A stretch of 64,000 bases of DNA from Piscinibacter defluvii (GTDB lineage Bacteria > Pseudomonadota > Gammaproteobacteria > Burkholderiales > Burkholderiaceae_C), in NCBI RefSeq assembly GCF_004011805.1, contig NZ_ML137196.1, forward strand, positions 369,024-433,023, given 5' to 3'. Numbering within the stretch: position 1 is the first letter of the stretch; each line of letters begins with the position of its first letter. The notes under the pieces are model-generated. The model had not been told where the DNA came from and did no database searches. It saw only the letters and a program-made list of their open reading frames with translations. Shown here one piece after another: positions 13,934-23,600 of this stretch. A program made the translations under genes and the position numbers.

Positions 13934-16891
13934 TCAGGCGGGCAAGAGCTCGCTGGCGTGGATCAGCACGCGCACCGGCAGCTGCAGCAGCGCACGTGCG
14001 GCCTGCCCGGCATGCACGGCCCAGGGCGTGGCGGCGGGGCGCGGCGAACCATCGGGGTTCAGGTCGAGGCGCAGGTGGCTGCCGGCGCCCGTGGCCGGCG
14101 GCGCGTCGACGCCGAAGCGCGGCTCGGTGGGCTGCTGCTGCAGCACGAAGTACCAGCCGGGGTGGCCGATCGCCTCCGCGACCGGGATGTCGAAGCCGAA
14201 GAACGCGATGTCGGGCTCGAGCGCGCCGCGGAACAGCGGCAGGCGTTCCTCGCCCGCCCCCTCGGGCGGCCGGCGCTGCGCGCCCTGCGCGACGCCGCGC
14301 ACCGCGTACACCGCCGTGCCCGGGTAGCGCCGCAACAGCACGCTGCGCAGCAGCAGCACCAGCGGTGGCGGCATCGGCGCGCCGGTCACCTCGCGCGGGG
14401 CCTGCTCGCCGAGCCGCGCCGTGCCCCAGCCCGCCAGCGGCACGATGTCGCCCGGCACCGTGGCACGTGCGCTGCGCCAGAAGCGCTCGAAATACGTGCC
14501 CGTCTCGTGCGCGAGCGGGAAGTCGCGCCAGACCAGCTCGCGGGTCATCTCGACGTTCAGGCCGAGCATGAAGGCCTCGATGAAGCGCCGGTTCGGCTCG
14601 AGCAGCGCCACCGTGTCGGCCGGCACCTGCTGCAGCCCGGGCAGCAGCCAGTCCTGCGACAGCCGCGCCAGCGCCTCGGAGGCCGGCAGCGTGTAGCGCG
14701 GGATCAGGCCCAGCGCGCCACCGGGCAGCGTGGCGGCCGCGGGGGACGGCGCCGGTTCCGCACGCTGCACCGCGGCGCGCCAGCGCTGCGCCAGCATCGG
14801 CGCCGGGTCGAGCTGCGCCTGCACGCTGGGCCGCTGCGCCACCAGCAGCGGTTCGAGGGCCAGCAGGGTCAGCACCGGCGTCGGCGCCGGCGCCGGGTTG
14901 ACCAGCGCAAGGTGGCGCCGGGCCGCGGCGCGGAAGCGGGCCGCGTCGGCGCTGTCCACCGGCACCGGCGGCGGCGCCGGCGGCTCCACCGGCGGCGGCG
15001 GGTCCGGATCGGGGTCGATCGGCGGCGGGCCCTCGCCCGGCGGGAAGATCGGGATCAGCCGCGCCGGCGCCGGCGCGCCGCGCGTGACCACCGTGGCCGG
15101 CGTCGCGACCAGCAGCGCCGGTGGCTCGGGCGCGACCACGAAGCCCGGGCGCCGCGGCGCGCCGGCCACCGCGGCGTCGGTCATGCCGGCGTACAGCAGC
15201 GACGGGTTGGGCGCCGGCGCGCGGCGGCTGACGTCGTCGACCGTGACGCAGCCGCGGGCCTCGGGCACCGGGCGAAAGATCACCGACGCGGTGAAGAACA
15301 CCTGGAACAGCCGCCCGGTGGCGACCACCGGGGGCGCGGCCACGTCGAGCTTGCGCGCCACCCGCGCGGAGCGCCGCGCCAGCGCGCCGCGCGGCCGCGT
15401 CAGGCGGCGCAGCGGCGCGGACAGCGTCGCGTCCGACGCGTTGGTGCGCGCGATCAGCGCGCGCATCGACGCGGTGGCGCCCGGCGCCGGGTCCTGCGGA
15501 TCGGGCAGGCGCAGCTGCGCGCGCGCCGGCGCGGCCAGGCGCCACAGCATGTCGTCCTGCCCCGCGGCGCCTTGCGTGAACGGGCGCACGTGGCGCTGCA
15601 GCAGCCGCGTGCCCACCGCGCCGGCCAGCTGCAGCTGGCGCAGCCGCTGGTTGACCGCCGCCATCTCGCCGGCCTGCGCCCAGGCCTGCGCGACCAGCTC
15701 GTCCTGCTGCGCCTGCACGACGCGCGTGCCGAGCCCGGCGGCGACGCGTTCGCGCGGGTCGAGGTTGATCTCGTCGAGCCAGGTCGGCGGCAGCGTGCTG
15801 CCCACCTGCCGGCGTCCGGCCAGCCAGCGGCCGTAGACCGGCGGGCCGACCAGCGGGTCGTCGTCGTCGGCACCGAGGCTGGTGTTGAGCAGCGCCTGCA
15901 GCGCGGCCTGCCAGCCCGGGCCGGCCGCGTCGGCCAGCGCCATGCGCGCCATGCCCACCGGCTGCAGCGCGCCCTCGAGTGCGATCAGGCCGTCGCGGCC
16001 CGGCGTGGCGGCATAGGCGAAGCCGGGCCGGCCGATGTCCAGCGGGCGGCGCCCGACCAACTCGGACAGGTCGCGCGGCACCAGCCGGTCGACGATGGTC
16101 TCGAAGTCCTCGCGCGCACCGGTGCGGAACTGCCAGTGGTGGTAGACCGGCAGCGCGATGCGCGACGGGTCTTCCGCGTTCGGCCAGGCCGGCGCCAGCG
16201 TGGCGCTGGCCGGCGGCGGGAGGTTCAGCCCGGCGCGCCGGCCGACCTCGAAGGTGGGCACCACGCAGGCCAGGTACTCGGTGTGCGCCTCGAGCCGGCG
16301 CGGGCTGAGCAGCCGCGCCACCGACAGCTCCGGGCGCGTGGCCACCAGCTGCTCGAGCGCCGTGGGGCTGGGCGGCGCATCGCCGGTCCAGCTCAGCTGG
16401 GCATGCGCCCAGGCCCAGGATTGCGCCAGGTCCGGCAGCTCCTCGGCCACGCGCGCCGGCGCGCCGATCTCCAGCACCGGCAGCGGCTCGCTGCCGGCCG
16501 GGCGCAGGCGCACGCCGTCCTGCACGCGCACCACCACCAGCGCGATCCACGGCCGCAGCCGGCCCTGCGCATCGGCCGCGGCGGGCGTGAAAAGCCACGG
16601 CAGGTCCGGGTTGTCGAACTCGATGGCCGCCAGGTCGAGCGCCTCGAAGTCGGTGCTGCCGTCCGGCGGCTCGGTGCGCAGCACCTGGCGTGGATCGATG
16701 CCGATCACGTCGGCCGGGCCGCGCACGCGCACGTCCACGCCCGGGTCGGTGGCGGCGCTGCCGGTGACGGCCAGGCTGACCTTCAGGTTCACCGAGGCCG
16801 GCAGGCCCGGCGCGCCGGTGTCGGGCTGCGCCAGCCGCGCGGCGAAGCCCTGGCGCAGCCAGGGGAAGAAGAGCAGGCGCGCGGTGGCCAT
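13934..16891 (-). CDS. hypothetical protein, about 985 aa, with a central Pro-rich linker (gene 3 of giant operon)
   Basis: [20 protein letters not shown]... The Pro-rich tract [29 protein letters not shown] (about 14951..15058) separates two halves. The start was chosen at the first ATG downstream of the palindromic element. The in-frame upstream extension to 17083 runs into that element. Confidence 0.6.
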   Translation of the reverse strand: MATARLLFFPWLRQGFAARLAQPDTGAPGLPASVNLKVSLAVTGSAATDPGVDVRVRGPADVIGIDPRQVLRTEPPDGSTDFEALDLAAIEFDNPDLPWLFTPAAADAQGRLRPWIALVVVRVQDGVRLRPAGSEPLPVLEIGAPARVAEELPDLAQSWAWAHAQLSWTGDAPPSPTALEQLVATRPELSVARLLSPRRLEAHTEYLACVVPTFEVGRRAGLNLPPPASATLAPAWPNAEDPSRIALPVYHHWQFRTGAREDFETIVDRLVPRDLSELVGRRPLDIGRPGFAYAATPGRDGLIALEGALQPVGMARMALADAAGPGWQAALQALLNTSLGADDDDPLVGPPVYGRWLAGRRQVGSTLPPTWLDEINLDPRERVAAGLGTRVVQAQQDELVAQAWAQAGEMAAVNQRLRQLQLAGAVGTRLLQRHVRPFTQGAAGQDDMLWRLAAPARAQLRLPDPQDPAPGATASMRALIARTNASDATLSAPLRRLTRPRGALARRSARVARKLDVAAPPVVATGRLFQVFFTASVIFRPVPEARGCVTVDDVSRRAPAPNPSLLYAGMTDAAVAGAPRRPGFVVAPEPPALLVATPATVVTRGAPAPARLIPIFPPGEGPPPIDPDPDPPPPVEPPAPPPVPVDSADAARFRAAARRHLALVNPAPAPTPVLTLLALEPLLVAQRPSVQAQLDPAPMLAQRWRAAVQRAEPAPSPAAATLPGGALGLIPRYTLPASEALARLSQDWLLPGLQQVPADTVALLEPNRRFIEAFMLGLNVEMTRELVWRDFPLAHETGTYFERFWRSARATVPGDIVPLAGWGTARLGEQAPREVTGAPMPPPLVLLLRSVLLRRYPGTAVYAVRGVAQGAQRRPPEGAGEERLPLFRGALEPDIAFFGFDIPVAEAIGHPGWYFVLQQQPTEPRFGVDAPPATGAGSHLRLDLNPDGSPRPAATPWAVHAGQAARALLQLPVRVLIHASELLPA

Positions 16892-17162
16892 CTCAGAAGC
16901 TGTGGGAGAACCCAACGCACCCGCGCCGGGGTGGCCAAGGGCCTTGGGCGAGGCGCGGCGCGCCGCCCAGACTGGCCGTCTGGGCCAGCGGCGCAACGCG
17001 GCCCAAGGCCCTTGGGTACCCCGGCCCGAAGGGTGAGCCCCGGGAAAGGGCCCACTGCGCGATGCAAATGCTCGACGTGCCACCCGGCACGTCTGTGCTT
17101 TGCGCCTCCATTGGGCCCTTTCCCGGGGCCCACGCGGGTGTGTTGGGTTCTCTCACAGCTTC
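16892..17162. repeat. 271-bp nested inverted-repeat (palindromic) intergenic element inside the giant operon
   Basis: Outer 31-bp inverted repeat agaagctgtgggagaacccaacgcacccgcg / cgcgggtgtgttgggttctctcacagcttct with 29/31 matches. Inner inverted repeats: ccggggtggccaagggccttggg / cccaaggcccttgggtaccccgg, a gcccagac-tggcc-gtctgggc hairpin, and a perfect 17-bp inverted repeat ccccgggaaagggccca / tgggccctttcccgggg around a gtgcc-accc-ggcac hairpin. Confidence 0.6.
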
Positions 17163-20100
17163 TCAGTTCGCCTCGAGGAAGGCCGGCATGGCGACCGGTG
17201 CGAGCGTCACACGCGGCGCCGGCGGCGCGTCGGCCAGCAGCGGCTCGGCGCGCCGCAGCGTGCTGCGCGCGGCGGCACCCTGGCGCGCGTGCAGCTCGGC
17301 CTGCGCGCCGGCCAGGGCGTAGCGGGGCAGCGTCCGCACGCGCTGCGGCGACTCGGGCGCGAGCGAGCGGTCGATCACCTTGGTCTCGTACTCGAGCGCG
17401 TACTCGGCCGCCTGGTCGAGCCGGAAGGCCGGCGTGCCGAGGCCGAGCTGCACGCCCGCCTCCATCGGCACGAAGGACGGGCTGGCCAGCATCTGCGCAT
17501 CGCTCAGCTCGAAGAACTGGGCCGGGGCGAAGTCCTCGTGCAGCCGCGTCAGCGTCTGCGGCGGCTCGGCCCGGCCGTCCACGCTCACCGCGCCGATGGC
17601 GAGCGTGCGCGCACCGAGCACCGGCGCACCGCCGAAGCGCCGCACCGGCTGCGGCGTGGCCAGCGGCACCACGCCCTGGCGCACCACCAGGCTGGCCAGC
17701 GGATGCACCAGCACCGGCGCGCCCGCGCTCGTGGTACCGCCGGGCTCGCGCAGCACGACGATGCGCGACTGCCCGGGCGCCAGCTCGCCATGCCAGTTGC
17801 GCGCGTCCGTCAGCGCGGCCACGAGCTGCGCCAGCAGGTCCACCGCCGGCGGCGCGGGCGGCCGGGCGCCGGAGATCAGCGTCGCGTCGACGCGGATCGA
17901 GACGTCCCACCACAGGATCTCGAACGTCGCCTTGGCCCGCAGCGCGAGCGGCCGCGGGCCCTCCAGCGCACCCTCGACCTTCACCTTGAACAGGTTGCGC
18001 GTGCCCTTGCGGATCTGCATGCTGGCCAGGAACTCGGCCAGGAAGTGGAACGGGTTCAGCGTGATCAGCACGTCGAAGCCGACGTCGCCGGTGACGTTGA
18101 AGCTCATCGGCCCCTCGGCATACAGGTGCGCCGCGGCGCCGAACTGCACGGTGTTGGAGGTGAGCGCGAAGTAGGCCTCGCAGGAGAGGCGCGGGTTGCT
18201 GCCGGTGGTGAGGTTCAGCGCCAGGCGCTCGAGCTTCGGGAAGCCGGCCGGCGGCGCAAACGCATGGTGCAGCCCGCCCACCGCGAGCGCGAAGCTGCGC
18301 GGCGAGCGCCAGCGCATGCGCAGCGCCATCGCGCCGGTCAGCACGAACTTGTCGAGCAGCTTCGAGTCGACCAGCACCGCGTCGACCGCGGCCGTGCCCT
18401 GGTCGAGGTCGAACACGCCGAGCGCGTCCATGCGCAGCACCAGCAGCGGGCTCTGCTCGCGCGGCAGCAGCGCGCTGATGCGGCCCAGCACGAACAGCCG
18501 GTCGCGCACGCCCCACTCGACCAGCACCGCCAGGTCCATGGTCACGATGACCGGCACGCCCCAGGTGATGCGCAGCATCGGCCCGAGCACGTAGCTGCCG
18601 CGCTGCGCCGGGAACACGCGCTCCAGCCCGGCCAGGATGGCTGCCGCATTGGCCACCGGGTCCTTTGGGAACAGGATCAGGTCGAGCGTGCGCTGGCGCA
18701 GGCCCTCGCGCAGCGCGTCCTCGCTGACGGTGCGGTGGATCGCCAGCAGCCCGCCGATGCCGGCCAGCTCGAAGCCCATCGGCAGGCGGATCGGGCGGAA
18801 GCCCTCGGCGGTGATCAGCAGCACCATCGAGTAGCCGCGCGCGCCGTCGGGCAGGCGCGTGGAGATCAGCCCGACCGCCTTGACCGACACCAGCTGCGAG
18901 ATCTCCAGCTCGAGCATGCCGGCGTACTGCCCCTTGACCGGGTCGTGGAACACGAAGCCGCCGCCCTTGACGCTCTTGGCGTCGACGACGAGTCCGATCG
19001 CGCGCGGCGCGAGGAAGCCGAGGTCGAGGTTCACCAGGCCGAGGTTGGCCTTGGCCATGTCCTGCGGGTGCGTGACGGTGGCGCGCAGGCCGATGTGGTC
19101 CACGCGCGCCAGCACCGGCCCGATGCGGCCGGACAGCGACAGCCCGAGCGAGAGGTCCAGGTGCGGCGCGGGGTCGAGCCCGCCGTCCACGCCGAGCAGC
19201 AGCTCGTCGAGCCGCACCGGCCCGAGGCTGCGGCCCACCGCGATGCGCCGGTGCAGGCCCTTGGCGGCCGGCTCGCCGCCGGGCAGCAGCGGCAGCGGCT
19301 GGTCGGGCACCGGCTGCGGCGGCTTGGGCGGCGGCGCGGGCACCTTCTGGCTCTCGAAGTCCTTCAGCCCGCCGGTCAGCTGCCAGCCCTGGCCGCTGGC
19401 ATAGCGCGTGCCGATGTCGAACTTGACGGTGGTCTTGCGGTCCGGCAGCAGCGAGCCGATGAAGCCGTCGATGGTGCTGGCGTCGAAGCTCAGCACGCAG
19501 CCGAGCAGCGCCAGGTCCAGGCTCGGCCCGCCCTCGTCGACCGCGGCCTTCAGCGCGACGCTGCGCACGCCGAAGCTGAGCATCCTGGTGTCCGGGAAGC
19601 GGAACAGCAGCGCACGGTCGGGCGTCTCGGTCGAGCGCAGGGTGAGCGCGATGCGCTGCCCGGCCGGCGCCGCCGCGCTGATGTCGTTCGCGCTGAACCA
19701 CAGCGGCAGCCCGGCGGCCTGCAGTTCGAAGCGCAGGCGCAGCCGCTTCGACAGCGCGACCTCGAGGTCCTCCTCGCCGCTCAGGCCCACGAACAGGCCG
19801 GGGCCGCCATGCGCCTCGGGGATCAGCGCAAGCGTGGTGGCGAGCGAGGCGTCGAGCGTGCTGGTCGGGTCGTCGTCCTTGTCGCGGGCATGCCAGCGCA
19901 CCGTCAGCATGCGGCTGGACAGCAGGTCGGCGGTGGACTCCGGCGTGGGGATGGCCTGCAGTGGCGGCACGGTGTCCCAGCCGTACAGCATGTCCAGCGC
20001 GTCCTGCTTCGCCCAGTCCTGGAACAGGCCCTTCTTCGCGATGCGCATCACCGCCAGCACGATGGCGGCCAGGCGCAATGTCGGGTTGGACAGCGCCTGC

Positions 20101-20612
20101 GCGTCGCCCTCGCTCGCGAGCCGTTCGAACGGCCCGCTGCCGGCGAACAGGAACTTCAGCAGCCCGACCACCGCGGACAGCGCCCGGTCCAGCGTGGTGT
20201 AGCCCTCGCCGAGCGGCGACGCGGTCTCGGCCATCCAGCCGACGAACTGCATCACGAACCAGAGCTTGGGGCGGTGCCGGTAGACGTAGTCGGTGGCGAG
20301 CAGGTCGATGGCCAGCACCTGCACCTCGTCGGCCACGTCGACCAGCAGCTCGTCGAGCTTCTTGCGCCGCTCGGTCAGGGCCTGCAGCAGCGCGAGCAGG
20401 TCGATGTCCTCGCCGCCGACGTAGCGGTCCAGCGCCGTGTCGCCGCCCGACGGTGCCGGCGCGGCACCGAGCGGGCCGAGCGCGATGCCCAGCGTGCGCG
20501 CCAGCGCCTCGCGCTGCGCCGCATCGCCCAGCGTCGCCTCGACGTAGCGCAGGAAGGCGATCAGCTCGCCGACCAGTCCGCGCAGCAGGGAGCCGTCGTG
20601 GTCGTCGGTCAT
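17163..20612 (-). CDS. hypothetical protein, 1149 aa, with an internal Pro-rich linker (gene 2 of giant operon)
   Basis: MTDDHDGSLLRGLVGELIAFLRYVE... has diverse composition. The Pro-rich tract QKVPAPPPKPPQPVPDQPLPLLPGG lies at about 19261..19362. The ATG lies 4 nt after the stop of gene 1. Confidence 0.65.
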   Translation of the reverse strand: MTDDHDGSLLRGLVGELIAFLRYVEATLGDAAQREALARTLGIALGPLGAAPAPSGGDTALDRYVGGEDIDLLALLQALTERRKKLDELLVDVADEVQVLAIDLLATDYVYRHRPKLWFVMQFVGWMAETASPLGEGYTTLDRALSAVVGLLKFLFAGSGPFERLASEGDAQALSNPTLRLAAIVLAVMRIAKKGLFQDWAKQDALDMLYGWDTVPPLQAIPTPESTADLLSSRMLTVRWHARDKDDDPTSTLDASLATTLALIPEAHGGPGLFVGLSGEEDLEVALSKRLRLRFELQAAGLPLWFSANDISAAAPAGQRIALTLRSTETPDRALLFRFPDTRMLSFGVRSVALKAAVDEGGPSLDLALLGCVLSFDASTIDGFIGSLLPDRKTTVKFDIGTRYASGQGWQLTGGLKDFESQKVPAPPPKPPQPVPDQPLPLLPGGEPAAKGLHRRIAVGRSLGPVRLDELLLGVDGGLDPAPHLDLSLGLSLSGRIGPVLARVDHIGLRATVTHPQDMAKANLGLVNLDLGFLAPRAIGLVVDAKSVKGGGFVFHDPVKGQYAGMLELEISQLVSVKAVGLISTRLPDGARGYSMVLLITAEGFRPIRLPMGFELAGIGGLLAIHRTVSEDALREGLRQRTLDLILFPKDPVANAAAILAGLERVFPAQRGSYVLGPMLRITWGVPVIVTMDLAVLVEWGVRDRLFVLGRISALLPREQSPLLVLRMDALGVFDLDQGTAAVDAVLVDSKLLDKFVLTGAMALRMRWRSPRSFALAVGGLHHAFAPPAGFPKLERLALNLTTGSNPRLSCEAYFALTSNTVQFGAAAHLYAEGPMSFNVTGDVGFDVLITLNPFHFLAEFLASMQIRKGTRNLFKVKVEGALEGPRPLALRAKATFEILWWDVSIRVDATLISGARPPAPPAVDLLAQLVAALTDARNWHGELAPGQSRIVVLREPGGTTSAGAPVLVHPLASLVVRQGVVPLATPQPVRRFGGAPVLGARTLAIGAVSVDGRAEPPQTLTRLHEDFAPAQFFELSDAQMLASPSFVPMEAGVQLGLGTPAFRLDQAAEYALEYETKVIDRSLAPESPQRVRTLPRYALAGAQAELHARQGAAARSTLRRAEPLLADAPPAPRVTLAPVAMPAFLEAN

Positions 20613-20616
20613 CGCG

Positions 20617-23600
20617 TCAGCTTCCGAGCGCCCGCAGCCTGTCGACCAGCGATTCGCCGAGCGGGGCCTTGAGCGGCTCGTCCTCGGGCCGCACCGCGCC
20701 GGCCGGCGGCGTCAGCTCGGCGCGCTGCTCCATCGCCACCTCGGGCGTCAGCAGGTGCGGCTGCTCGGCGCCGTCCAGCGGATCGGGCAAGGGGCAGATC
20801 ACCTGGTGCACGGCCTCGAGCACGTCGCGCCGCGCGCTGCCGCTGCCCTCGGTGCGGCGAGCGAACAGCACGCGGCCGAGGTTGCTGCGGAACAGGATGA
20901 AGCGCGAGTGGCTCAGCCGGTCGAGCTGGCGCACGTGGCGCGCGGCCACCTGCGCATAGGCGTCGCGCGCGCGGTCGCCGCCTTCCTCGAGCTGCGCGCG
21001 GCTCGGCGCGCCGCCGGCGATCGGCGCCGGCCGCGCCATCGCCGGGCGCGTCGTCGTTCCGGCATCCGGCCGCAGGTCGAACACCGGACGCAGGGTCCAC
21101 GAGAAGTCGGGCCGGCGCTCGCTGCGCACCGTGGTGCCGGCCGGCCAGCCCTGTGTGGGCAGGAAGGCCGGCCGCTGCGGGATGCGCTTGCGCAGCACGA
21201 TCGGCACGTCGCGCTCGCTGCGCCCGGGCGGGAAGGCGAACGCGCCATCGGCGCCGTCGAGCCAGCCGAGCCGGTCGCCGCCGATGTCGCGGCGCACCAG
21301 GTCCTGCGCGAACGAGAGGCTGTGGTCGATCAGCGTGATGTACGAGGGCATCACGTTCTTCAGGCCGCTCGAGGTGAACTGCAGCAGCCGCGCCGGCTGC
21401 GCCTCGCCGCGCCGCCAGTAGCTCATCTGCGTGGCGCTGCTGTAGTGCACGTCGCCCGACAGCAGCACCACGCGGCGGTGCGGCGCGAGCCGCGCCGTCA
21501 GCGCCTCGAAGGTGGCGGGGTCGAGCGCCCAGCTCTCGATCGCGTCCGGGTTCAGCCCCGGCATGCCCTCGCCGCCGCGGCCGGCGCCGATCTGGCCCGG
21601 CGTGGAGAGATCGAACGCGCGGTACGCGCCCGGCGCCACCACCTCGTCGAACACCGAGGGCGCCAGCACCTGCAGCGGCGCCACCACCAGCAGCACCTCG
21701 CGCCCGGCCGGCAGCGGCGCGGCGGGCACCTGGTCGTCGATCATCGTGGCGGCCACGTTGCCCGGCGGGCCGAAACGCGACGCGAAGCTGCGCCGCGTGC
21801 GGTTGTCGAGCACGGCGACCTGGAAGCTCGAGCCGTCGACCGTGTAGTGCCACTTCATCGGTGCGTTCACCGGTGCGTGGCGGCCGTGCGGGCGCGCCGG
21901 GTCCACCGGCTGCGGCAGCAGGTCGAGCCCGAACAGCCGGTCGAGCTCGCGCGTGGCGGCGGGCAGCGGCCACTCGGCGGCAGCGGCGCCGAACAGCCGC
22001 ACCACCTGGTTGAGCACCAGCCGGCCCGGCGCGCCGGCCTCGTAGCGCAGCAGATCGTTGCCCCAGTCCTGGAACACCGCATAGGCGGCCAGCGCATTGC
22101 GCACCACCTGGCGGCCGAGCGGCTGCGTGCGCACCGCGTCGGCGGCCAGCACGCGGCGGCACCACTCGGGGTTGAGGTTCCAGTCGTCGGTGACGTCGTG
22201 GTCGTCGAACACCATGTAGGTGGGCACGTTGGCCAGCGCGCGGCGCACCTTGGGCTGGCCGGCCGCAAAGCGGCGCAGCCGCGCCAGGTCGACATGCACG
22301 CCGCGCCACACCGGCCAGACATGCTCGCGCGCGAATTCCTCCACGCAGCGCGCCAGCGCGGTCTGGCCCAGGTTGACGTAGCCGTCGTCCGCGAAGGTCT
22401 TGCGCTGGGCGGGTGTCGGGTCGTCGGTCCAGCCGGTGACCAGGCACTCCAGCAGCGCGCCCTCCAGCGCCGCGTCGGCCACGTCGGGCGGCGCGGACAC
22501 GGCCACGCCGCCGAGCGTGGGCACCTCGGGTGCGAGCCAGGGCCGGGCCTCGGCCACCTGCAGCGCCTCGCGCAGGAAGGCGGCCCACTGCGCGGCGGGC
22601 ACCAGCGTCTTCAGGTGCTCGCACCAGCGATCTTCCTGCTGGTCGTCGTAGCGCTGCCGGCGCCGGCGCAGCTCGGCCAGGATGGCCGTGGGTCCGGCCA
22701 GCAGCACGCGCTGCGGCGGCTGCGCTTGCGGGTCGATCACGCAGTCGACGTCCGCCACGCGCGCGATGCCGAAGCGCTTGACCAGCGCGCGCATCACGCG
22801 CGCCTGCAGCTGGCGCATGAAGGTCTGCACCACCGCGGCATGCTTGCGCGCCAGCTCCTCCATCGCGCGGCCGGTGTCGGGGTCGAGCTCGGCACGCTGC
22901 TCGGCGCCCAGCAGCGCCAGGCTGTCGGGGTCGCCGATCAGCGCCAGGAAGCCGGCATGGCCTCGGGGCGGATTCGACCGCGCGAGGCGCTGCAGCATGA
23001 AGTGCGCGAAGCAGTCGGCCAGGCGCCGCTTGTTGCGCGGGCCGACGACGCCGGTCTTCTCGTCCGGGCGCGGGCGGATCGCGTTCCAGTCGGACCAGCG
23101 CGCGTTGCCGAAGTAGTCGACCGAGGCATCGTCCAGCCGGCTGCGCGCGTACATCGGCGCCGCGTCGATGTTGTCCTTGCCGGGCGAGCGCGCCACCGCG
23201 TCGAGCGGGATCTCCTTCAGCGCCTCCCAGCACCAGTCGGCATCCACGGTGAGGTACATCGCCGCGAACTCGCCGAACGAGAGCAGGTGGCTGCTGCCAT
23301 CGCTCGAGGTGAAGCGCGCATCGGCCCGCGTCAGCTCGAGCCGCCCGCCGGGCGGGAAGGCATCGAGCGTGGCCGGGTAGCGCTGCGATGCCAGGTCGAG
23401 CTTCGCGTCCTTCAGCACCGGCACTCGGCCGACCAGCAGCGATTCGGGGAAGGTCGCGAAGGTCTTGAGCCGCGTGCCGGCGGCCCGCAGCGTCTCGACC
23501 TTGGGCGCCGCGGGCGACTCGCTGTCCGACAGCAGGCGGTGCGCCAGGCGGTTCAGCAGCATCAGGTGGGGCGCGGAGACGTCGTCGGCGTAGATCTGGT

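Noticed and set aside
16926-16940. 13-nt identity (ggtggccaagggc) between the palindromic element and the 3-prime end region of tRNA-Phe at 47754-47766
   Set aside because: It is too short and GC-rich to distinguish from chance. No extended att-like similarity surrounds it.
17062-17322. Small plus-strand ORF (86 aa) starting inside the palindromic element
   Set aside because: It is antisense to gene 2 and lies within a self-complementary element. No RBS and poor composition.
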